A DNA stretch of 23,369 bases from Ginkgo biloba. Lineage: Eukaryota; Plantae; Ginkgophyta. The DNA lies in NCBI GenBank assembly GCA_024626585.2, contig JANKJI020000004.1, positions 141,262,335 to 141,285,703 of the forward strand, written 5' to 3'. Of the stretch, positions 10,922-20,588 are shown in pieces; positions within the stretch are counted from its first letter, which is position 1; each line of letters begins with the position of its first letter. The notes under the pieces were generated by a model. It was not told where the DNA came from. It saw only the letters and a list, made by a program, of their open reading frames with translations, and made no database searches. Both the position numbers and the translations under genes were made by a program.

Positions 10922-11013
10922 AAACTTTCTTGAATGCATCGTAGGGAGAACGATTGGCCACGTAGACAAATGATCTTCAGTCGTTCAATCTAGTTTGCAA
11001 AAGCTTCTAGAGT
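10922..11013 (+). promoter_or_regulatory. Heat-shock-element-like motifs and ATTGG-CCACGT box upstream of the DnaJ exon
   Basis: AAActTTCttGAA (10922-10934) and AAAgcTTCtaGAG (~11000-11012) are imperfect nGAAnnTTCnnGAAn elements. ATTGGCCACGT (10953-10963) resembles ERSE-II/G-box motifs. Short motifs, supported mainly by context. Confidence 0.35.
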
Positions 11014-11363
11014 CACCAACTTTCAAAATATAATACCGTTAGAAGATTTACACCATCAAATAAATCCATATCCAAAGATGTAGAAATCGAAAAGATCTTC
11101 AAACTACACATTGATTAAGCAAGTATTTAGATTGTTGCAGTGCTCTAGATGTCTTCATTTTGTTCTTTGAAGCCCATAATTTAAACTTTACTTCTCCAAT
11201 CTTCTTTGTTCTTTAAATTGAAATCATTTTGGGTTGTGTTTCTTTGGAATTTATTTAGGGATTCATAATGTTGTTATTGTACTAGCTTCATGAATTTGTT
11301 GACATTTAGTATGTAGTTTCATGATTGAAGGTCAAGATAGTTGTTTTTCCAATCTCATTAGAT

Positions 11364-11471
11364 ATGACGGCTAGTGGAGGTGAAAAAAATAGTGCCTTTT
11401 ATTCGACTCTAGGGTTGAAACTAGATTGCAGTGCTTCAAAGCTTCAAAATGCTTACAAGAAGTTTGCAATG
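11364..11471 (+). pseudogene. First coding exon of a DnaJ/HSP40 J-domain protein (small plant DNAJB6-like type), probably a pseudogene fragment
   Basis: ATG at 11364 gives MTASGGEKNSAFYSTLGLKLDCSASKLQNAYKKFAM, then GT at 11472. It matches J-domain helices I-II 'DFYxVLGLxxxCxxSELRNAYKKLAM' with the phase-0 intron typical just before (K/R)WHPD. No HPD exon was found in the window. Confidence 0.8.
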
Positions 11472-11947
11472 GTTTGATTCATATATCCTTTCACGGTTAT
11501 TCTTTGCAGATTTTGTTGATGTATATATTTGTTGAATTCAACCTTTCCTATAAAATGCATAATCAAATTTTGATATGGACATAACATTTTTTCGTATATA
11601 TTCTATATTACTATTGTCTTCCATAAGATGTTAGAACTATATAGAGAGCTTGAGTTTTCATGGTGTTTTTCTCTATTATTTAGTTTTTCCAATGATAGTA
11701 AAATACCCCCAAAGTTGTTTCCATGCATAGTATTTTAATCAATATATGAAGCATATTTATCTTGGTGTTTCTATTCAATAACTTCATTTTTCAAATATGA
11801 TGTACATGATAATCTATTTCTAATAAATTGTGTTTAGTTCTGCACAATTTGGGCTTGTAACTATTGTAGGTATATTTGTTTATTTATTTTCTAATAGAGC
11901 TAAAATGGTGCATTATGCTAGGTTATAATTGTACATTAATATCAATG

Positions 11948-12443
11948 ATATTTTGGTAATGACTTCTACACATGTGTAGATTATATGTGTTTGCAATTTG
12001 CAAATCACTCAATCATGACAATTATTTGCTACAAGTAAAATTTTAAATACATTTAATATAATTAATATTGATATATAGGGATGATTTGATCAAATTCTTA
12101 TTTATAATTTCTAAAAATCAAATATAATTTTAAAAATCTCAATTCAATAAATAATGATTTGATCGATTTTCCTTTTGAGTGTTATTATTACATACACATA
12201 TTTTGGTAATGACTTATACACATATGTAGATTATATGTGTTTGAGATTTGCAAATCACTCAATCATGACAATTACTTGCTACAAGTAAAATTTTGAATAT
12301 ACTTAATATAATTAATAATGATATATAGGGATGATTTGATCAAACTCTTATTTCTAATTTTTAAAAATCAAATATAATTTTAAATCTCAATTTACTAAAT
12401 AATGATTTGATCAATTTTCCTTTTGAGTGTTATTATTACATAC
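11948..12443. repeat. ~250-bp tandem duplication (11948-12195 and 12198-12443)
   Basis: Both units start atattttggtaatgactt and end ccttttgagtgttattattacatac, with scattered substitutions. Confidence 0.95.
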
Positions 12444-13169
12444 CCAAATTCTTTAATAATTTTTATATTTCTTTTCATTAATTGGAGGGTGTTTCTTTTT
12501 CACCTTATTCCTTTTTATTATTTTGATAGTTTTTTTAATTAAAAATAATTTTAAATAAAAAATAATCAATTTAATAATTTTATCAATTTTTATCGTGTTA
12601 TTATTATTATTAAACATTCACATTCTTTAATACTTTTTATATTACTTTTCAATGATTAAGAGAGGGTTATTAAGTAATATTATTAGATATCCATATTCTA
12701 TTATGATTTTTGGATTGTTTTATCAATTCATTAAAAAGAAGATAGTTGATAGGACATAATAATTTAAATTAAATATTAAATTATATGTTATCAAATGATT
12801 GTTGAATAGATTTAATGTAAATATATTAAAATGATTCGACCTATACCTCTCTTTATGTGACATTACACTATACTAAATATTATTGAATATTTTATAATCT
12901 TTCCATAAGCTATACATGAATGATTTGACCCATTTCAGTTTGAAGAAACCACCAAGCAAAGAGTGAGAATTTTGAAGTGCCATTATTAAAATTTTGTAAA
13001 ATTGGAAGGGCGCTAGGCTTGCCTATTTTTTAACGAATGGGCATGGATTCAAGTTTTCAACCCCTATTTACGTGATCTGACTGGAAAATCTGTACATCCT
13101 TGAAAAACATGTAACGCATATTTTCCGCTGCTACGTTGCAGAATGGAATTCTCTCTACATCCTACGAAG

Positions 13170-13365
13170 GCGAGGATCTCGTCCATGATAAGCTAAAATA
13201 AGTAATTTCCATCTAGAGTTTCGAACTTCTTACGTTCTCGTACCCAAACCGGACACAATCAGACATAGTTCGCGGAGGCAATAGATTTGCGACTCCACTC
13301 TTCACCATAAGAAAATAATATCCGCGGCACGACCATAACATCTCCAGAATTGCATATTCTTAAAT
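13170..13365 (-). pseudogene. TUB: Possible distal remnant of the beta-tubulin pseudogene (C-terminal third)
   Basis: Short colinear matches: KNM (13353-13361), xAAD (13320-13330), R..ASA (13271-13292), MDE (13176-13187). Compare with KNMMCAAD..RYLTASA..GMDEM. Confidence 0.4.
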
Positions 13366-13424
13366 GCTAAATATTCGCACATATCTTCTCTTCAAGGAAC
13401 CATAGTAAACCCTAAAGAGTAGTA

Positions 13425-13872
13425 TTGATTAAAAACTAAAAACTAATGAACAAAAACATTTATGATCTGTAAAATTATGCTTAACTCAGCTTGACAAAGA
13501 GCAAATATTATAGTGAAATACAGTGTGACGCATACCTCTTGTAATCGCCCGTCTAAATAATTAAAATTAAAATTAAAAACTTAAAAATATGAACAGAAAC
13601 ACTCAAGACATGTGAAGTTATGCTTAATTCAGCTCAGTAATATAGTGAAATACAGGCATTCCTCTTGTAATCGCCAGTCTTTATAATAAAAATTAAAAAT
13701 TAAAAAAAAATATGAAGAGAAACATGCAAACCTGAGAAGTTATGCGTAACTGTGCTCACTCAAAGAGAAAATAATATAGCGAAATACAGTCTAACGCATG
13801 CCTTTTGTCATTGCATGTCTATATAATTAAAATTAATAACTACGAAATATGAACAGAAACACGCAAGAATCT
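13425..13872. repeat. Tandem array of ~3.3 diverged ~125-140-bp units
   Basis: Recurring aatatgaacagaaaca...ttatgcttaa...tatagtgaaatacag...cctcttgtaatcgcc.gtcta.ataattaaaatt. Confidence 0.9.
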
Positions 13873-14426
13873 ATGGCAACGAGGACTTGGATAATTCACC
13901 TGGGGTTTTAAGTCGGCTTCCTTGAGCTGAGCTTTGCTTACTCATCTTCGGCATTCTCACAGGCTTCCATTTCTTGCAAGTTGGAAGGGATCTCGGGTCT
14001 TCATAAATAACCTACTCCTCTGCAGTGGCAAAATAAGCGCATAATCAGAAACTTTAAGATCCCTATCATTAAGAAAAAGGCATGAGTGAACACGTTAAAC
14101 TTGAGGATCCTGAAGATGTCCCAGGGCTTTGTATCACGAACCATAGATTCATCGGCATTCTCCACCACCAGCTGGTGCACTGATAATCTAGCGTTGTAAG
14201 GCTCCACAACTGTTTCAGAGAATTATCTCAACATCTATGAGCTCGGCCAAGCACAAGATTATCGGGCCTAAAGATCTGAGGAAAAAATCTGCCACACCTT
14301 TTGTAAACATTAAATCAGAAAACGTTAATTCTCCCGGCTGAAGAAGAGAACATTAATTCCTTCTATGTTCATTGCATATCACCTCCCCAAATTTGGAACC
14401 GATATTGCCCCGCCTTGGATGCGCAT
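13865..14426 (-). pseudogene. TUB: Beta-tubulin pseudogene, residues ~1-266, collapsed by many internal deletions
   Basis: From ATG at 14426, colinear across frames: MR-IQGG; IGSKFGEVICNEH; LQ..RINV (14321-14332); CGRFFP; QIFRPDNLVLG (14246-14278); AELID; [36 protein letters not shown] (14100-14219); GDL (14054-14063); ..AT..GV; R.P.QL; RK; VN..PR.H (13873-13899). Confidence 0.93.
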
Positions 14427-14560
14427 TTTACCACAAAATCCTACAATTTATGGGGGCTTCACGGACTGAAATTTAAACATCCTAAGGGGTTTCAGGGGCT
14501 AAAACAATTCGGAAGACAAGGAATCACAACAGCTCCTGAGTGAGCCCCTCGAATACTCAC

Positions 14561-14618
14561 ACCCAAATTTGTGCACGGCCTCAACCGCGTCTTTAACCTT
14601 TTCTTCAGGCGTCTCCAT
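14561..14618 (-). other. Candidate upstream exon/uORF (METPEEKVKDAVEAVHKFG) with GTGAGT donor
   Basis: ATG at 14618, consensus donor GTGAGT at 14560, and possible acceptor TTGTAG at 14441, 15 nt before the tubulin ATG. Confidence 0.3.
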
Positions 14619-15412
14619 AAATCAAAAACAGCCGAATCATCATGATCAGAACANNNNNNNNNNNNNNNNNNNNNNNNNNNNNNNNNNNNNNNNNNNNNNN
14701 NNNNNNNNNNNNNNNNNNNNNNNNNNNNNNNNNNNNNNNNNNNNNNNNNNNNNCCTCAATAGTATGACATTGGATAATCTACCCACTATTAAAGTTAAAA
14801 TGATCATAACCATGAGGTACCAATGCGTATGGTTAATATCTAAAACATCATCCCATCAATACTCAATTTAGACATATAATCTTTTGATAATTACTTATGA
14901 AAGAAAATCACCTTCTATGATCCATATTATTGTAAGGGTTTTGGAGATAATGTATTATCTCATACACTACTATCATTTAGTGGAGTTTATACTCATTCTA
15001 GTGCAAGAGTAATACCTCATCTACTAGATTATGCATCTTTGGGGTTCTTTATCAAGGATTTTTCCCAATGGCATCTAGTTGGGTTATGAGTTGGCTAGGT
15101 GTATGGTTCTATTAGTAGTAGGTAATGCTAACCTACTCCAATATGTCTTGTTGTAGTAGGTCAAAGGGTGTTTACATGCAAATCCTCCTAATTTTTTTAG
15201 TTATTATTACTTATAATTTATTTAATTTAACATTTGATAGATTTGTCTTTATAGGAAAAAAATTAAGTCTATTATTTGTCTTTTCTACATTAAACTAATG
15301 AGCATGCAAATATTCAAGGTGAATCTAGAGNNNNNNNNNNNNNNNNNNNNNNNNNNNNNNNNNNNNNNNNNNNNNNNNNNNNNNNNNNNNNNNNNNNNNN
15401 NNNNNNNNNNNN

Positions 15413-16595
15413 CCTTGATAGAAGATAATATACTATGTACTTACTAATATGAGGGAACTAGTTGATGTAGAAAGGGTGGTGATATTCATGAAGCAATCAC
15501 TTATTACTAGTGAGATCATCTACAATCAAAACTCAACTACATACAAATTACATGACTCCATGTGGATTAATTCTCAATTTAATGTAAATAATACAATTCC
15601 ATGTAGACAAACAAAATATATTATATGAGTACCTTAAATTTCTTACACTCGATAATCAATCCACAAAATAATTATCGAGTACATTAATCAAATGATGGGA
15701 AATTTTTATTGGGTACATTAATCAAATAATACATTAATATCAAGACATCTAATTCATTAATTAAATCGATGTTCTATAGGAGGTTGACTTGTTTACATGA
15801 CCTATAATTAACAAATTACAATGGGTGTATTTGGAGGAAATATCAACTATGTAGAGAACTTAACGAATATGAATTAATTGGAGGAGACAAAGAATGAAAT
15901 TGAGAAGGCTCAAGAGGACTTGGCACATGTCACCAAATTAAGGAAATAATAAGAAACTTATATTAAATATTTATAGTTAGATCTATCATTACACACTATA
16001 ATACAGTTACACATCATGATGTTTCCCTAAAGTTAGACATTACACATTGTAAGCCTATAATAGAATTAGATTTCATGACCTTATGAACCTTGTTAATATT
16101 CAATACTTCATATCAATATATATATTACCTAACTCAAAAGTCATCACAAGCTTTTTCATGTAGCATATGTCCTTTTGAGNNNNNNNNNNNNNNNNNNNNN
16201 NNNNNNNNNNNNNNNNNNNNNNNNNNNNNNNNNNNNNNNNNNNNNNNNNNNNNNNNNNNNNNNNNNNNNNNNNNNNNNNNNNNNNNNNNNNNNCCCTATG
16301 TATGGTGAAGTTACACTACCATAAAATATTTTCTTAATAGAAAATAAATGACATTATGATGGAGATCCTTATGAGTTTAATGATCTAAATGAATACTTAA
16401 AATCCTATTTATTAAATTAATTTAGGATAATAAATATTCTAGAATATCTTGTTAAGAGTTGTACTCATTTAAAATATTATTATATCTCTCAAATTCAAAG
16501 GCTAACAAAATTGCATAATAAAAAATCCTTGATAATTGTCCAAAGTTTCAATGGTTATAACTTTCTTTTCTAATATACCCCTAAGGTCCATGACC
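15413..16595 (+). mobile_element. Decayed gag-like retroelement segment, copy A of a ~1.2-kb duplication
   Basis: Aligns colinearly with 17273-18440 on both sides of the internal gap. Encodes KILDNCPKF..HDHL, resembling the gag 'PKFNG..DP..HL' motif. Confidence 0.6.
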
Positions 16596-17272
16596 ACTTG
16601 CTTTTAGGGAATGATGATCCCTATCTCTTGGATATGAAAATTATAGTTAAAAGTATCACTTGATAAAGAAAAGTATCTCCAAAATCGCTAACTCAACTAT
16701 TAATTAATAGTTAACTAACCCATATTTTATTAGTTATTTTTTTTGTTACAATTTGGGCTATAATAAAAGGTTATTTTCTCTTATTGATCAAATTTAATAG
16801 ACACGTATATTATTTACATAAATTATTTCCTCATTTTATAGGAGCAATATTTTGGAATTTGAATGTCTTCCAACCTTTAATGTATTAGCCTTGAACTACT
16901 CTTTCTATACTTTCTCAAATTATGAATTTTGTATGCATCATTATTTCAAATTTAAGAAACCCTAGATGGGGTTTTCTTTATAAATTCATAACAAATTTGA
17001 AATGGAAACACTTTTCTAATATGTAACATTNNNNNNNNNNNNNNNNNNNNNNNNNNNNNNNNNNNNNNNNNNNNNNNNNNNNNNNNNNNNNNNNNNNNNN
17101 NNNNNNNNNNNNNNNNNNNNNNNNNNNNNNTCATTATTTATCTTTTGTACATACATAGTTGTAACACATCAAACCAATGACAATTCAAATATTCAAGATG
17201 AAGATAGATACAAAAATACACAATGTACCAAGAGTTTTAGAAGTAAAAAAATAAAGATTACTATAATTATAT

Positions 17273-18440
17273 TCTTGATAGAAAATAATATAGTAAATTC
17301 TTACTAATATGAGGGAACTATTTGATGTAAAAAGGGTGGTGATATTCATGCCTGAATCACAAACTACTAGTGATCTCATCTATGATCCAAACCCAATCAT
17401 ATGCAAATGGCATGACTCCATGTGGGCCAATGCCTAATTCCATGGCAATAACATGACTCCATATAGACAACTACATGAGTAACTTAAATTTCTTACACTC
17501 CATAAGCAATCCCCAAAATAATTACCTAATATATTAATCAAATGATGGATAATTCTTATAATGTACATTAATCTAATAATTCACTAATCTCAATACCTCT
17601 AATGCATTAATCAAATGGAGGTGCTACATGAGGTCAACTTGCTTACATGACCTCTAATTAATAGATTGCAATGGATGTATTTGGAGTAAATATAAGTTAT
17701 GCAGAGCACCTTATGAATATACATTGGTTGGAGGAGACAGAGTATGAACTTAAGGAGGCTCAAGAGGAGTTGGCATTGGCCACTAAATTAGGGAAACAAT
17801 AAGAAAATTAGATTAAATAGTTAGAGTTAGATCTAGCATTGCACCCTATAATATAGTTATACATCATTATATTTCCCTAAAGATAGACATTACACACTAC
17901 AAGCCTACAATGGAATTAGATGTCATGACATTGGGTACCTTATCAAGCTTCAATACTTCATAGCCATACTTACATTTCCACACTCAAAAGTCATCACAAG
18001 GTTCTTCACATAGTATATATCCTTTTGAGTATTAAATACTGGGATCAAGCGTTACCATCCATATATTTCCAAAGAAATTTATAGACATAATTAAGATGTG
18101 TCTTCTTATTCCATACACTTAAAAAATCTTAATAAAACCCTTTGTATGGTCGATTTATAGTACTATGATATGGTTAATTAATAAGAAATAAATAAAATAA
18201 TGGTGGAGATCCTCATCAATTTTATGATCCAAATGAATATAAAAAAATGACTATTTATTAAATACATTTAGGATAGTCAAGGTCCTAACACAACTGGTTA
18301 AGACTTTCACTTAATTAATAGCTTATTAGATCTCTCAAGGCCAAAGGGAAATAAAATTTCATAATTAAAAATCCTTGACAATTGTCTAAAGTTCAAATGG
18401 TCATAAATTTCTTCTCTAATGTGCCCCTAGGGTCAATGAC
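17273..18440 (+). mobile_element. Decayed gag-like retroelement segment, copy B
   Basis: Coiled-coil WLEETEYELKEAQEELALATKLGKQ*EN*IK*LELDL (stops at Gln-type positions) and IKILDNCLKF. Similarity to copy A ends at TGTAACAC (18441). Confidence 0.6.
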
Positions 18441-18447
18441 TGTAACA

Positions 18448-19195
18448 CAAATTGGGGGTCTCTAGCTCAAAATCATGTAACAAGAGATCATCTATGACTC
18501 TCGAGATANNNNNNNNNNNNNNNNNNNNNNNNNNNNNNNNNNNNNNNNNNNNNNNNNNNNNNNNNNNNNNNNNNNNNNNNNNNNNNNNNNNNNNNNNNNN
18601 NNNNNNNNATATATCCCTCATGGATTCCTCTACCTTAGTATCTTCCTTAGTTTATCAATGATGACTTTGATTGGAAGAGAAATCGAAGCCATCTGAATTG
18701 CCTACTACTTCATAATGCTCTTCCTTAGTGTCTGATACAATTACCAAAATATTTTTTAATATGGAATTAATGTATGTCATTCCTCATGTACTCATCATTA
18801 TTCGAATACTCCCAAAATATAACATTAGCGATGCCTTAAACACTAGAAAATATAACGGTTGTAACTCTATAAGAGTAACCAGAGAGTGAATTCCCATGTG
18901 ATTTCACACCAAAAAAATGCATACAATTTCCCTTGGCATAGGTTTCTTTTCCTATGGATTGCAAATGGATTTTCTCCACTATCAAGTTAACCATCCAACC
19001 TTGTATTAATTAAAATCAAATTGAAAGAATAAATTTTGGGTAAGGTAAAATGGTGTATGAAATATCAATTCCAAGAGAGATATCTAAACCTATTTTAAAA
19101 CTTTTAAATTTTTTATGGGACAAAAAATAGTAGCCAAATTGGGGGTCTTTAGCTCAAAATCATGTAACAAGAGATCGTCTATGACTCTCGAGATA
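18448..19195 (+). repeat. 61-bp direct repeat pair (18448-18508 and 19135-19195)
   Basis: caaattgggggtct(c/t)tagctcaaaatcatgtaacaagagatc(a/g)tctatgactctcgagata with 2 mismatches. The first copy runs into an N gap. Confidence 0.9.
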
Positions 19196-19449
19196 GGATT
19201 TGGGTAGAATAGGTTCAACTATACAATAATTACGCTTAACAGCGCCTCTCATATAATTTTTTTTCCATAATTAATAAAATAAGCCACCTAACCTTGTTTA
19301 AGTGTAGGTCTTCAGAAATTTCAAGATCTTTTGACGAGTTCTTCAAGCTTGATTATCCTCCTATACACTACATAAGATCCAAATCTAGCTTCCCCACTAT
19401 TTTTTGTCTTTAAAACCTTAAAAATTTGTAAAGTCATAAATCCGCAACG

Positions 19450-20223
19450 ATATCACAGATTTGTGCGCTAATATTTGGTACCTCTATCCAGTGCAATAGA
19501 TATTTATTGTACTACATAGAATAAAATGGGAAGAAATCACTATTACACTTAGACTGGCACTGTAGGAAATTGAACACATAGAGACTAAATATTAACAAAA
19601 GGTGGCCTTAGAGAATCCATAGTATGGTTTCCTTCTACTTCTGTACCGATGCCTTTACTATTGGATCCATGTTAGGATAGAAGGATGGGTCACTTTAATA
19701 TTCCATCTATTTTTCCAATAAGTATTTGTCCCTAACGAAATATAAAGATATAATCACAAAGAATGAATTTTTAACCATTATGTTTGCGATTAATAAATGT
19801 CCTCATTATATCTCTCCCTTCTTAGTAATTATTTGTAGTGATAATTTTTCCATCAAGTTCATTATGAATAAGACAAAAACAAACCCTTGTATCATTCAAT
19901 GTTTTTTTCTATTACAAGAGTTTAATATTGAGATAGTTGATAAACCTAAGTTTGTTAACTTAGTAGTTAATCACCTATTATAAGTAATATATCTTCTAAA
20001 TAAGGAACCATTACAGAATTATTTTCTCGATGAAAATTTATTTTAGTCAATTATGTCCACTCCATGGTATATGGATATAGTAAACTATGTAGTACCAATT
20101 ATCATTCCCTAACATCTATATCAAATTAAAAGAAAATACTTGGTTTGGAAACATATCACCTACACTTAGGCCAAAGGCTATCTTTATAATATAGGACTAG
20201 ATAATGACCTTCATATATACCTC
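19450..20223 (+). mobile_element. Ty3/Gypsy (Athila/Tat-like) pol remnant: RT thumb, RNase H and linker to integrase
   Basis: YHRFVR..; CTDAFTIGSMLG*KDG..IYFSNKYLS..TKNEFLTIMFAINK..SDNFSIKFIMNK..LLQEFNIEIVDKP..NLVVNHL; EPLQNYFLDENLF/TPWYMDIVNY..GYLY. Matches 'CDAS.A.GAVLGQ..TEKELLAVVFA..TDH..LLQEFD.EI.DK..N.VADHLSR..FPDE.LF..PWYADIVNY'. Confidence 0.9.
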
Positions 20224-20588
20224 TGTAGAAAACCAAATGGGTTTCACTATGAAATATTCACTCAAAATTATATAAAACATGATGCATAATAGAATAGATA
20301 TCCATTCCAAAAATCCAATAAATCATAATATGGAATGTAGAAATCATACTGGGGCCCACCTAATCCCAAAGAACTCACTTGAGTCTAGAATATAAAATGT
20401 AATTAGAATATTAAAATAAGATCAAGATCAAATTCAAATTATATATTATAAATGAGGCTTGATTTCCCTTATATAATCAAAATAGGCTTCCTTAACCTTA
20501 ATCATAGCCTACATGCAATTATGAAAACCCTTTACAAATATGGGCCTACCACATGTCTCTTACAGAAGTAACATAATTAATCATAGTC
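20224..20588. mobile_element. Possible LTR of a nested insertion interrupting the pol remnant
   Basis: Pol homology stops abruptly at TGTAGAAAACC (20224), followed by non-coding AT-rich sequence with a CCCTTATATA motif. The other end is lost in a gap. Confidence 0.3.

Noticed and set aside
13290-13325. P450-like 'ILFSYGEEW'
   Set aside because: Single short motif overlapping better-ordered tubulin matches.
13425-13872. CRISPR-like repeat-spacer array
   Set aside because: Whole ~130-bp units are homologous, with no unique spacers, no cas genes and a eukaryotic context.
13940-14061. Reading DL.VSDY..ATAEE..EDE* as the tubulin C-terminal tail
   Set aside because: The same bases fit better, and colinearly, as GDLN..LISAT..GV..RFPGQL (residues ~223-246).
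14001-14207. 68-aa ORF as a functional tubulin-like CDS
   Set aside because: It starts at an internal GTG, covers only a fragment and runs out of frame into intron-like sequence.
14320-14618. SDR dehydrogenase-like 'AVHKFG..RINV' from joining two segments
   Set aside because: RINV belongs to beta-tubulin LERINV, so the resemblance is coincidental.
15160-15200. LTR terminus GGGTGTTTACA with adjacent PPT-like tract
   Set aside because: No partner LTR, PBS or TSD is visible; too short to support.
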